The notes beneath the pieces are model-generated. The model saw nothing but the letters and a program-made list of their open reading frames with translations, did no database searches and had not been told where the DNA came from. Of a stretch of 64,000 nucleotides of DNA, positions 1-30,456 are shown piece after piece; the first letter of the stretch is position 1; each line of letters opens with the position of its first letter. The translations under genes and the position numbers were made by a program. This DNA comes from Macrostomum lignano (lineage: Eukaryota), in the NCBI GenBank assembly GCA_002269645.1, contig NIVC01001767.1:87976-151975 (forward strand), read 5' to 3'.

Positions 1-550
1 ACTGTGGCCGAGGTTCATGGAGATGCCCTGGTCATTCAGCGTGGCGAGACCACTTGCCGACGGCATGCCACTCAGGTCAAGAAGCTGCCGGAGCCCCCGG
101 CCACGCAGCAGGCTGAGTCCATCGGCGAGACCGGCGGCCAAGAGGAGCCCGACGAGCCCGCCGATCCGATCGCGGCCAGGCCGCACCCGCGTCAGGCCAA
201 AGACGGGGCTAAGAACTACAAGGAACCGGACCTCAGGAGACATTGAGTCTCAGTGATTGCTTTGCAGCAGCAGACTTTGACAATGTACTTTTTAGTCACA
301 ATATTTTGTTTTTTATTCCCCTGTTACTAATCCGCGCGTGGAGAGATGTAGTGCTCACGCGAGCCCAATTTATATGTACATCGGCCTTGCGTACAATTCA
401 TGCACTTCAAGTGCGGCGATTCTTCACCCCCACTCTGGTGGCGTGATTTTATTCCATAATCTGAAAATAAATAAACATCGATCAGCCCACCTAGCAGGGC
501 TCCACCCTCCGTCTCAGCAAACTCCGGCCTTTCTTACTTTAGCCATTACA
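1..550 (+). mobile_element. 3' end of a Ty3/Gypsy-like LTR retrotransposon: integrase C-terminal tail, PPT and 3' LTR
   Basis: ORF open from the window start to 246 (V..V.G..LVIQRGETTCRRHATQVKK...RP.RQ.K...NY.E) resembles Gypsy integrase C-termini. Purine tract GGAGAGA at 340-346 lies directly before TGTAGTG(347)...CATTACA(550), a 6/7 terminal inverted repeat with TG..CA ends. AATAAA occurs inside. The 5' part lies outside the window. Confidence 0.7.
347..550 (+). repeat. 3' LTR (204 bp) of the Gypsy-like element
   Basis: TGTAGTG...CATTACA termini; follows the PPT; contains a polyA signal near 466-475. Confidence 0.7.
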
Positions 551-865
551 GATACGAGTATTTTTCCTACCCGGATGCAGGGCCGCAGATCTGCCAAGAT
601 ACGGTACTAATGAGACCGGCATGATTCAATATGAAATGTGTCGAAGGCTGCTAAGAACAGGGTGGGCGAGAGAGAGAGAGAGAGGCGAGAGAGAAAGATA
701 GATAGAAGTCTGACAGACGCTGAACCAGCAGTCAAGCAGAACTTTATCTGCTAAAGAAACTTATCCCTGTTGTTGCCAAGCCAGTCGGGCAAGGTACTAG
801 TACTAATTTTCGCAGCATTACAGAACACACTCCATCACGTTACTAATTAATATTTTTTCTTTTAG

Positions 866-18975
<18,110 letters not shown>

Positions 18976-19130
18976 GTTTTTACGCTAGCTTAGTTTGACT
19001 ATAACTTTTAATACCTGTATAAAACTTCTGTTGTGTGAAAAATCCTTTTTTTAGATCAGATAAGTATGGGATGCCTATTTCATTCTCAAACCAAATATAA
19101 AAAAAATTTAATTTAATTAAATAAGATTTA

Positions 19131-20853
19131 TGGGGATCAGACTGGAGGGGATCAGACTAGAGGCGATCAGACTGAAGGGGTCCAGACTTAAAGGGATCAG
19201 ACTGGAGGGGATCAGACCGAAGGGGATCAGACTGGAGGGATCAGACTGAAGTGGATCAGACTGGAGGGGTCCAGACTTCAGGGGATCAGACTGGAGGGGA
19301 TCAGACTGGAGGGGATCAGACTGAAGGGGATCAGACTGGAGGGGATCAGACTGGAGGGGATCAGACTGGAGGGGATCAGACTGGAGGGGATCAGACTGGA
19401 GGGGATCAGACTGGAGTGGATCAGACTGGAGGGGATCAGACTGGAGGGGATCAGACTGAAGAGGATCAGACTGGAGGGGATCAGACTGGAGGGGATCAGA
19501 CTGAAGGGGATCAGACTGGAGGGGATCAGACTGGAGGGGATCAGACTGGAGGGGATCAGACTGGAGAGGATCAGACTGGAGGGGATCAGACTGGAGGGGA
19601 TCAGACTGGAGGGGATCAGACTGGAGGGGATCAGACTGGAGGGGATCAGACTGGAGGGGATCAGACTGGAGGGGATCAGACTGGAGGGGATCAGACTGGA
19701 GGGGATCAGACCGAAGGGGATCAGACTGGAGGGGATCAGACTGGAGGGGATCAGACCGAAGGGGATCAGACTGGAGGGGATCAGACTGGAGAGGATCAGA
19801 CTGGAGGGGATCAGACTGGAGGGGATCAGACTGGAGGGGATCAGACTGGAGGGGATCAGACTGGAGGGGATCAGACTGGAGGGGATCAGACTGGAAGGGA
19901 TCAGACTGGAGGGGATCAGACTGGAGGGGATCAGACTGGAGGGGATCAGACTGGAGGGGATCAGACTGGAGGGGATCAGACTGGAGGGGATCAGACTGAA
20001 GGGGATCAGACTGGAGGGGATCAGACTGGAGGGGATCAGACTGAAGGGGATCAGACTGGAGGGGATCAGACTGGAGGGGATCAGACTGGAGGGGATCAGA
20101 CTGGAGGGGATCAGACTGGAGGGGATCAGACTGGAGGGGATCAGACTGGAGGGGATCAGACTGGAGGGGATCAGACTGGAGGGGATCAGACCGAAGGGGA
20201 TCAGACTGGAGGGGATCAGACTGGAGGGGATCAGACCGAAGGGGATCAGACTGGAGGGGATCAGACTGGAGAGGATCAGACTGGAGGGGATCAGACTGGA
20301 GGGGATCAGACTGGAGGGGATCAGACTGGAGGGGATCAGACTGGAGGGGATCAGACTGGAGGGGATCAGACTGGAAGGGATCAGACTGGAGGGGATCAGA
20401 CTGGAGGGGATCAGACTGGAGGGGATCAGACTGGAGGGGATCAGACTGGAGGGGATCAGACTGGAGGGGATCAGACTGGAGGGGATCAGACCGAAGGGGA
20501 TCAGACCGAAGGGGATCAGACTGGAGGGGATCAGACTGGAGGGGATCAGACCGAAGGGGATCAGACTGGAGGGGATCAGACTGGAGAGGATCAGACTGGA
20601 GGGGATCAGACTGGAGGGGATCAGACTGGAGGGGATCAGACTGGAGGGGATCAGACTGGAGGGGATCAGACTGGAGGGGATCAGACTGGAGGGGATCAGA
20701 CTGGAGGGGATCAGACTGGAGGGGATCAGACTGGAGGGGATCAGACTGGAGGGGATCAGACTGGAGGGGATCAGACTGGAGGGGATCAGACTGGAGGGGA
20801 TCAGACTGGAGGGGATCAGACTGGAGGGGATCAGACTGGAAGGGGATCAAACT
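19131..20853 (+). repeat. 15-bp satellite (GGGGATCAGACTGGA), ~115 copies, with higher-order blocks
   Basis: Downstream of the ARHGEF17 stop. The 534/610-aa ORFs here are artefacts. Confidence 0.98.
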
Positions 20854-21767
20854 GAAAGAACCTACACAGATTTTGTACACTTTTTTGCTTTTGCATGGTG
20901 AATTTTGCTTGCTTAATTTGAATACATTAACCTTAGCGACGAACTCCACGTGGTTTCATGAACAAATTATTGTTTGTCATCTATTTATGCGCCCTGGAAG
21001 GCTCCGCCTCCTCTAACTATTAGAAACTTGCCATTGAAGATTTAAACAAAACATGTAAAAGTTGTTTTTTAGAGATTGCAAAGAATTGAGTTTTAACTGT
21101 TTTACAACAGCATACGGAATATCAAAAACGTAATTATTTATTATTTTTAAACATGGACAAGTGTGATATGAAAACATTGTGCAGACTGAAATTTAGGTTT
21201 GGCATGTTTCGTCATACTAATATATTTGTGCACTTTTGCCATTCAGATAAATATACTCACCTGAAGAAATTTATAAAACAGTTTTATAAACTATTTTGTA
21301 TACACTAAATAACGCGCTTGCTTTCTTTATACATGGTCAAACACAGAATTCGAATGTAGTTTAAAATTTCAGATACGCTAAATATCTGAGCTTACTACTG
21401 TAAGTAGTACGACAACAATAAGAAATAAAAGTATTTGAAAGAAAGTCGTTCGTGTGATATAAAACTATGAAAACAAATATCATATTAAATATTATATTTA
21501 CTTTCGATATATTTCTTATCCAGAGAGAACTTAACATTACGCTAATTGTAAAAATGTATGACATAATAATTAGCATGTAACTACATTTACATGTACGAGC
21601 ATATATGCTTTCGCAAGTAAAACATTATTAACATGTTATAAGTCACAGTTTTCGTGCTGTGGTGATATACGGGCGCGCGTATTATATCGTAAAATATTGC
21701 TGCTGTAATGATTGCTTTATTAAGTACTTCAGTAAAGAGAAAGGAAGCGTGAAGCAATCGCGCACCC

Positions 21768-22497
21768 ACCCCCTCACTCCGCACCCGCCACCTCACTCCG
21801 CACCCACCACCTCACTCCGCACCCGCCACCTCACTCCGCACTCACCACCTCACTCCGCACCCACCACCTCACTCCGCACCCGCCACCTCACTCCGCACCC
21901 ACCACCTCACTCTGCACCCACCACCTCACTCCGCACCCGCCACCTAACGCCGTACCCACCACCTCACAAGGACAACTTAAGTAGAAGGACGCAACTTTCT
22001 CTGACACTGTTAAGAGACCCAATAACTGTTTTCGTGTTGAAAATCGTGAAATTTCCTATCTCCGTAGTGTATTTTTCCGGTGAAACCTGCCTTTAAAACT
22101 ATTTCTGAACGAAAAGCTTTATGAATATCGATAAAGCAATAAGAAAGGCACAACATATCAAAAGATGAACACTGGATCTGCCTCCTATCAAAAGCAGTAA
22201 CAATTTTTGTGCTGAAAAAATTAAAACCTCCGATCTCTGTAGTGTATTTTTCGGCGAAAAGTTGCCTTCAAAACATTACCATCGATTTCGAGTGTAGCTT
22301 CCTATATACTCGTATATGTTACTTGAGTAGTCCTTGCCACCCCACTCCGCACCCACCACCTCACTCCGCACCCACCACCTAACGCCGTACCCACCATCTC
22401 ACTCCGCACCCACCACCTAACGCCGTACCCACCATCTCACTCCGCACCCACCACCTAACGCCGTACCCACCACCTCACTCCGCACTTACCACCTCGA
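21768..22497 (+). repeat. Two arrays of 19-bp CCCACCACCTCACTCCGCA (21768-21965, 22340-22497)
   Basis: Direct reading. A diverged ~90-bp duplication (22030-22100 vs 22205-22280) lies between them. Confidence 0.9.
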
Positions 22498-22550
22498 TCC
22501 CAGCCGCACTCATTAACTTAAGTACAGCAACAGAATACAAATATAACTAT

Positions 22551-25521
22551 CTATTTAGTAAACTCGTAGCTTCTCAAATTAGCTCGCTTGTAGACGCGAC
22601 TCTTCGGAGTTTTCTGATCTCGACGGTGACCGCGGCGTTTCTCAGTCTCGTCAGAGTAGAAGTAGTAATACGCGTCAGGACTCCTCTGGTAGGAAGCTGT
22701 CAGGAATGTGAAAGAGGCACAGGATTATAATAGTTTACCAATTTCAATCGCTTAATAACTCTCTATCCTTCAGGGGTAGAGTGGCTCGGAGATGCGCTCA
22801 ATAGGGCCAACCCGCACCTTGCCTCCATGCTAGATAAAGTTTGTATATAGGTCTAAATCCATCTTCATCTGAGCTCCTACACGAGCCAGAGTTGCTGCTC
22901 ACCATGCACAATATTTCCAGTCGAACTGTTTGTCCTACGGTAATCGATCTCGTCCATTGTCAGATAGCGCTTGTAGCCAAGCGGAGATTGAGTCTGAGAG
23001 CGATGCGACTCAACGCGCTGCCGCTGCTCCAGACGATGAAGTCCCTCAGCTTCATAGCCCGACATCCGGGGCGTAGGCAATTCAGGCTTAGCGTCGACTT
23101 CTTCAACCGTCTCAAGCTCGCGCACCTCGGTCCACTTCTGCAGCCGAACTGGCGTCGTCACCCGCCTCCTGGACAGGCCGTCTCGCGACTTCCGCTCGGC
23201 AAACTCCTTCGCCGCATCGAGATTCGAAGCCGCAGTTCCTGCTGTCCTGGCGCGAGTAGAAGCAGACTGCATTGTCTTCCTCGAGCTCAACTGAGCACCA
23301 TCGTCCGCTAAGTATCTTCTGTAACCAACTACTCCGTCGAATTCTTCATTGACGCCTCTGTCCAACCCAGAGTCTGCAGCTGCAGTTACCAACGGAATTG
23401 TCTCGTAGACTGTCCATTCTTCTTTGAGAAATTTATTGTCATCTTCTGTTTTGTAGTCTGAGGAAGATTTATTGAGCACTGACGGCCGGCCATCCGTCGA
23501 TTCCATGGCTTCTCGTCTGAGTCGCTGTTCAGAGTAGAGCTGCTGACGGGCAAAAGCTGCTGAAGATGTTGTTGTTGCTCTTGCGGCGCTTGTTTTGGTT
23601 GTAGCCCTGGCAACAGCGGGGCCTACTGGCTCTGGCAGAAGGACGGTGCGGTCGGGCGTCTGGGATGGAGGCGTCTCGGCGTAAACGGCCCACTCGTCGG
23701 CTTTGTAGAGTTCAGATTGCTGCTGGTGCTGACTGCCGGTTGAAGGTTTTTAATATACAGTTTAGTGATGGATCAACTAGACTTTATGGACATATTCAGG
23801 CGATGGGATGGTAGGGTGGGTCTGGAGTGAGGGGGTGGGTGTGAAGTGAGGGGTGGGTCTGGAGTGAGGGGGTGGGTCAGGAGTGAGGGGGTGGGTGTGA
23901 AGTGAGGGGGTGGGTGTGAAGTGAGATGGTGGGTCTGGAGTGAGGGGGTGGGTGCGAAGTGAGATGGTGGGTCTGGAGTGAGGGGGTGGGTGCGAAGTGA
24001 GGTGGTGAGTCTGGAGTGAGGGGGTGGGTGTGAAGTGAGGTGGTGGGTGTTGAGTCAGGTGGTGGGTGTGAAGTGAGATGGTTGGCGTGAAATTAGGTGG
24101 CTGATGGCGTCAGAGGGAGGATGCAAAATGATGTGGCGTGGTGGTGGGTGGATGTTAGGCTTGGGAGTTGTATGAAAGGGATGCGTTCAATTAAAAGGCT
24201 TGCGGATGTTACAATGGACTTATACACCTATACTTCGGCACATTTTTACTCAAACCTTCGATCGGAACTTCCTCTCTCCTGCTTGGATTTCTTGGGCTCC
24301 GGCTCCTCTGCGTAAACTGCCCACTCGTCGGCTTTGTAGCGTTCAGATTGCTGCTGCTGCTGGTGGTGACTGCCGGTTAAAGAATTTTTTAATAAACACT
24401 TTAGTGGTGAATCGACTAGACTGAGATTATGCGCCCTAGACTCAAATGGACTAGAATTAAATTTGGGCGAAGGTGTGTTGGTGTGGGTCTGGACTGAGGT
24501 GTTGGGTGATGAGTGAGGTGGTGGGTTTTCAGTGAGGTGGTGGGTGTTAAGTGAGGTGGTGGGTGTTGAGCGAGGTGGTGGGTTTTCAGTGAGGTGGTGG
24601 GTGTTAAGTGAGGTGGTGGGTGTTGAGCGAGGTGGTGGGTGTTGAGTGAGGAGGTGGGTGTTAAGTGAGGTGGTGGGTGCGGAGTGAGGTGGTGGGTGTG
24701 GAGTGAGGTGGTGGGTGCGGAGTGAGGTGGTGGGTGCGGAGTGAGGTGGTGGGTGTGGTCAGTGGCATACGCAGACGGGGGCAGGGGGCGCACGCTCCAA
24801 TCGCTCAACGACACCAAATATTGACGCTTGCATTCCTGCTTGCACCACTGGGTGTGGAGATGATTAGCGTGGAGTGAGGTGGTTGGCGTGGCCGTGGAGT
24901 GAGGTGGTTGGCGTGGCCGTGGAGAGAGGTAGTTGGCGTGGAGTAAGATATTTCGGGTGTGAACTGATATTGCGTGTTGTGGAGTGGGTGTTGAGCAAAG
25001 GAGTCGCATGAAAGATATCTGTCGAATTAAAAAGCTTGCCGATGATACAGTACATTGTGCACTTTAAAAAATAGCAGTGTCCATTTTTACACAAACCTTC
25101 GATCGGAACTTCCTCTTTCCTGCTTGGATTTCTTGGGCTCCGTCCCCTCGGCGTACACCGCCCACTCGTCGGCAGCATAGACCCCCCGATCGCCGGTTCC
25201 CTTCGACCCCATCGACAAGTCGCTATTGACGACCTGCAGCTTAGAGGGCCGGCCGACTTCGGCAAAACCGATCACAGTTGAACTGCTGGGTCTCCTGGAC
25301 CTCTGCTGCTGCCGCTTACCCCCGGCTACTCGAGGACTTCTCAGCTCGCCAGCTGAGCGAATCATCTGGGAGAACATGTTCACCTGAGAGCTGACGTGTC
25401 CCGGCCTGACCCCGTCGCGCAGGCGATGTTGTTGTTGTTGATGCTGATCATGACGAAGTCTTGGCCCGGTGACTATCAGATTGCCGCTTCTGTTGTCTAC
25501 GATGGAGTTCCTGCGAGCCAT
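22551..25521 (-). CDS. Uncharacterised ~500-aa low-complexity protein with 3-4 repeats of a (Y)xxDEWAVYAE motif
   Basis: Exons 25521-25097, 24369-24256, 23732-22903 and 22696-22551 join in phase (2,2,1) with GT-AG sites. No family recognised. Confidence 0.7.
23812..24760 (-). repeat. Intronic arrays of the CCACCACCTCAC(A/T)CC family in reverse orientation (23812-24085, 24490-24760)
   Basis: GGAGTGAGGTGGTGGG units on the + strand. Confidence 0.9.
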
Positions 25522-26057
25522 GGCTACTTATTACTGGCCTGCATGCATGTGCCATTTTCACAGAGAGGAAACAGTTTTATAGCCCCAACCTCGTGGGAAC
25601 CTCAGCCTCACCAGCCACAAGAATGCGCACACTTTCCACATGTAGTTTCTATTATTGCTTTCCTGTTCTGTCGCGTATTTTAATAAATGGAGAAATCTTT
25701 CATACGTCACAGAGGCGTGACAACTAAATCGCTGTGTTATTTGTATGGGCGTATTCGCTATAGTACTTGTAGCTATTTGTGCAGCCGGTCGAAAACTCGT
25801 AAAATGCTCGTATGAGCTCGAAGTAAAAAAACAATCATTTAGACATGGATCAGAGGATTCGTGAATAAAAGTTACACCGTATTACACAAGCATAAAAGTA
25901 ATATCTATACATAAGTTGAAAACATTATACGGTACCAAACATTCAAAATATGTGTACAACTAGGAGTAAAATTTACCCTCGTACTTCATGTACATAGAAT
26001 TATAACAGTCATTAATTATGTTTGCCACCTTACTCCATGCCTAAAATGTTTCCCATG

Positions 26058-26388
26058 CCCCACCACCTCACTACTTTACCCACCACCTCACTCCCTTACC
26101 AACAACCTCACTACTTTACCCACCACCTCACTACTTTAACTTTACCCACCACCTCACTCCCTTACCAACAACCTCACTACTTTACCCACCACCTCACTAC
26201 TTTACCCACCACCTCACTCCTTTACCCACCACCTCACTCCCTTACCAACAACCTCACTCCCTTACCAACAACCTCACTACTTTACCCACCACCTCACTAC
26301 TTTACCCACCACCTCACTCCCTTACCCACCACCTTACTCCCTTACCAACAACCTCACTACTTTACCCACCACCTCACTCCCTTACTTT
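26058..26388 (+). repeat. ~20-bp CCCACCACCTCACTACTTTA array
   Basis: Direct reading. Confidence 0.9.
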
Positions 26389-27057
26389 AACACACCAATC
26401 CTTTGCCCCGCCAACCAAATTGAAAAGATCAAGAAACAAACGAGAAAGTTTATAATTACGAGCTATCAGAGATAAAAACTGGTCTGGGCAATTCGACTTA
26501 AAAAATCGCTCGAATTGGCCAGAAATACCGCAATAACCGCTGCCGCGGAAAATTAACGCAGCGGCAACATATATTTACGATCGTGATTTAGTAAAACAAA
26601 ATTTATGTAGTATTTGAATGTTCCATTTACTCGTAGCAGTAAACTATTTTACAATTGACGCAAGCAATTACAAATGATATTAGATGATAAAATACTGGAT
26701 TCAGAGCTGGGCATGGATTATGTTTTTAAAACGCACCACAATATAGAAGCCATTAGCGACAATATAAATTTATATTATAAAAATAAAGCAAAGGAAACTT
26801 TACATGCTCAACATGTTAAACATTTGAGAGGCAACCATATATCCCTAACCATAAAAAGGCCATGGAAGAAACAAACGCATTTATAAAATATCATATATAT
26901 GTGATCAATTTGCATTGGCACCAATATTTGAAATAAAATCGCTGCGTGCATCATTGGCAGACTGAATAGATAGTAGAAATGGAAAAACATTGTTGGAGCA
27001 TGGCACTGATTTTCATAGTTGCAGAAAATCAAGCTGAGATAAATCTGAGGACTTAAG

Positions 27058-28225
27058 GTCACTCGGACACGAATTTATTTAGACACAAAGTCACTCAAGA
27101 AAAAAGTCACTTAAACACAAAGTCACTCGGACACAAAGTCATATTTGAACATAATGTCACTTGGGCACAGTCATTTGAACACAATCACTCGGACACAAAG
27201 TCGACCGGAAACAAAGTCATTTAAACACAATCACTCGGACACAAAGTCGACCGGAAAAAAAGTCATTTAAACACAGTCACTCGGACACAAAATAATTTAA
27301 ACACAGTCACTCAGACACAAAATAATTTAAACACAGTCACTCAGACACAAAATAATTTAAACACAGTCACTCGGACACAAAATAATTTAAACACAGTCAC
27401 TCGGACACAAAGTCACTCGGACACAAAGTCACTCGGACACAAAGTCACTCGGACACAAAGTTACTCGGACACAAAGTCACACGGACACAGTCAGTCGGAC
27501 AAAAAGTTACTCGGACACAAAGTCATTCGGACACAAAGTCACTCGGACACAAAGTCACTCGGACACAAAGTCATTTGAACATAATGTCACTTGGGCACAG
27601 TCATTTGAACACAATCACTCGGACACAAAGTCGACCGGAAACAAAGTCATTTAAACGCAATCACTCGGACACAAAATAATTTAAACACAGTCACTCGGAC
27701 ACAAAATAATTTAAACACAGTCACTCAGACACAAAATAATTTAAACACAGTCACTCGGACACAAAATAATTTAAACACAGTCACTCGGACACATAATAAT
27801 TTAAAAACAGTCACTCGGACAAAAAGTCATTTAAACACAAAGTCACTCGGACACAAAGTCACTCGGACATAAAGTCACTCGGACACAAAGTTACTCGGAC
27901 ACAAAGTCACACGGACACAGTCACTCGGACACAAAGTTACTCGGACACAAAGTCACTCGGACACAAAGTCACTCGGACACAAAGTCATTTGAACATAATG
28001 TCACTTGGGCACAGTCATTTGAACACAATCACTCGGACACAAAGTCGACCGGAAACAAAGTCATTTAAACACAGTCACTCGGACACAAAAAAATTTAAAC
28101 ACAGTCACTCGGACACAAAATAATTTAAACACAGTCACTCGGACACAAAATAATTTAAACACAGTCACTCGGACACAAAATAATTTAAACACAGTCACTC
28201 GGACACAAAGTCAACCCGACACAAA
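27058..28225 (+). repeat. Compound array of GTCACTCGGACACAAA (16-17 bp) and TTTAAACACA-containing units, with ~400-bp higher-order duplication
   Basis: The block CATTTGAACATAATGTCACTTGGGCAC recurs near 27145, 27572 and 27987. Confidence 0.9.
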
Positions 28226-28442
28226 ATCATCATTAAGTCAAAAAGTTCAGTACAGTGCTGGAAAGAGACTTCAGTTAAAAACAGATTGATATACAATTAC
28301 TTGTAAAACAATACCGCAAATTTATAATACGAACAATCTTTCATGTGAGTAGCAGTTTTGTTAAGCTCGGACAATGCGGACACAAAATGACGGACATGAG
28401 AAGAGTTGAGATTGAGTTTTCCCCAAGTCTCTAATGACGTCA

Positions 28443-29586
28443 TCAAGCAGACCAGCGCTGCTCAAGAAACAGATCGGCGTCTCTGCACAACAGCTGCATC
28501 TCAGAGTGAACCCGACTCCCCGGCGCCGCTCCGCCGTACAACTCGTCCAACAGCTCCGGCTTAGTCAGGCATTGAAACGCATCGGCCAGACGGTCGTGCG
28601 ACTTCTGGGTCACGTGATCGCCTAACAGCCGGTCCAGCAGATCGCGGAACTCGTTCAGCAGTCCGATCAGATGCTGCCGATCGTAGGTGAAATCTACCCG
28701 GTGGAAACTAATCAGGGTCATTAGCAGGTGGCGCAGTCGGGCATTGAGCTGCCGGCCAATAGCCAATTCGGCGTCGTTAAACTGCTCATTCTTGGCCAAC
28801 AGGGCGGCTTTAACTGCCACTTTGATGAGATTTTTAACCGTTTTATCCGCGTCTCTGCGCGAGTTGAGGCAGAGAGACACGAGCTTGTGCAGCCGGTCCA
28901 GCAAGCCGCTGGCCAGATCGTCCAGCACCACTCGGGCGCATTTTCGGGTGGAAAACCTGCTGGCTAATTTCTTTTGCGCTTTTAAACTGACGGCCGAGAC
29001 GCTGAAGTCTGAGCCGGCTGACACTGGAATTAAAATTTATTGAAACTACTGTAAGTAGGATTAACTGGCCGTTTTACAAGCTCGAAGCTTCACACAAGCT
29101 CGAAGTTTTACAAGCTCAAAGTTTTACAAGCTCGAAGCTTCACACAAGCTCGAAGCTTCACACAAGCTCAAAGCTTCACACAATCTCAAAGCTTCACACA
29201 AGCTCAAAGCTTCACACAAGCTCAAAGCTTCACACAAGCTCGAAGCTTCACACAAGCTCAAAGCTTCACACAATCTCAAAGCTTCACACAAGCTCAAAGC
29301 TTCACACAAGCTCAAAGCTTCACACAAGCTCGAAGCTTCACACAAGCTCGAAGCTTCACACAAGAAAGCTCGAAGCTTCACACAAGAAAGCTCGAAGCTT
29401 TACACAAGCTCGAAGCTTCACACAAGCTCGAAGCTTCATACAAGCTCGAAGCTTCGCAAGCTCGAAATTTCACTTCACCTTGTTGAAAACTTCCGTTGGT
29501 GATTTCCGTTAGTTCAATAATTAAAGAACTGGAATGTCGAATGTGTATAATGGACAAACAGTATAGTAATAAGACGAGAACTTACT
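28443..29586 (-). CDS. TNFAIP8: TNFAIP8/TIPE family protein (~193 aa)
   Basis: SLKAQKKLASR, KNLIKVAVK, NEQFN..EL and MTLISFHRVDFTYDR motifs. Coding exon is 29023-28443. The A of the start codon probably comes from an upstream exon ending at 29586. Confidence 0.88.
29077..29470 (+). repeat. 18-bp minisatellite ACAAGCTCGAAGCTTCAC in the TNFAIP8 intron
   Basis: Direct reading. Confidence 0.95.
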
Positions 29587-30456
29587 TATTCAATAAATTC
29601 GGTTCACAACTTCAAAAGTTTAGTCCCTGCTGGGTAGCTCCTCCGGTCGATGAACCGGTTGGTAACAGAAATAATTGAACAGTTTTATGGCTTAATCATC
29701 CTATTCTAGGAAATAGAACTCATCTAGCCTACAGCAGCAGTTGTCTACTCATCTGGACACCAACTGATTATTAATTGATTGAAGTTCAGATATTCTAACG
29801 CCATGAAAATATATTTAGCATTAAAACAAATTGACAACAGACCAAGTAAGAACAAATTTGCTTTGTTTATTTTCGCATTTCCAAGACAGAAATTATTTTC
29901 AAATATTTAGAATGAAATCACAAAGGCTAAAATCGATATAAGAAATAACAACTAGGCTTTAATTCTCTCTACGCACTACTGCTAATAAGTAGCATAATGT
30001 TGAGAGCTGACAGACGCAAGTAAGAAAAAAACAGCAAGAAATTATAAATAATCAATCAATCAGTTCTAGGCAATCAAATTTAATATGAATTGTAATTTAA
30101 AGAAAAAAACAAGACTTGGCAGCAGCTTCTATCGAATTTTTAGCGCAACAAATCTACACCGTTTTAATATATAGCATACAGAACACTTTTGTTGGCCCCA
30201 AAATAAGTAGATAATAATTTTTTACATAAAACTTTTGTTCTGCCAAAACGAATAAGATTGAACTATAAATTCATCAGAAAAAAAGTAACTTTTATAAAAT
30301 GCTAAAACATTAATTTTTTGGGGTTTTGCTAATGAATTTTTATATTAAAAACGGCCCTTTTCATGGCTGTTTTTTTCAAAAAGCTTTCTACTGCTACGGT
30401 AAATTTAAAGACACACTAACCATTCTTAAATTTGGAATTCAGAAAAGATCAAATTC

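Noticed and set aside
770-792. Helitron-like 3' end (TTGCC..GGCAA hairpin followed by CTAGT)
   Set aside because: Only a 5-bp stem; no 5' terminus or other support.
19117-20949. 610-aa and 534-aa ORFs (SDPLQ / DQTGG repeats)
   Set aside because: Stop-free by-products of a 15-bp satellite on both strands; no unique coding flanks. The same applies to ORFs at 12607, 13224, 34023, 43365, 44313, 46770, 48065 and 62094.
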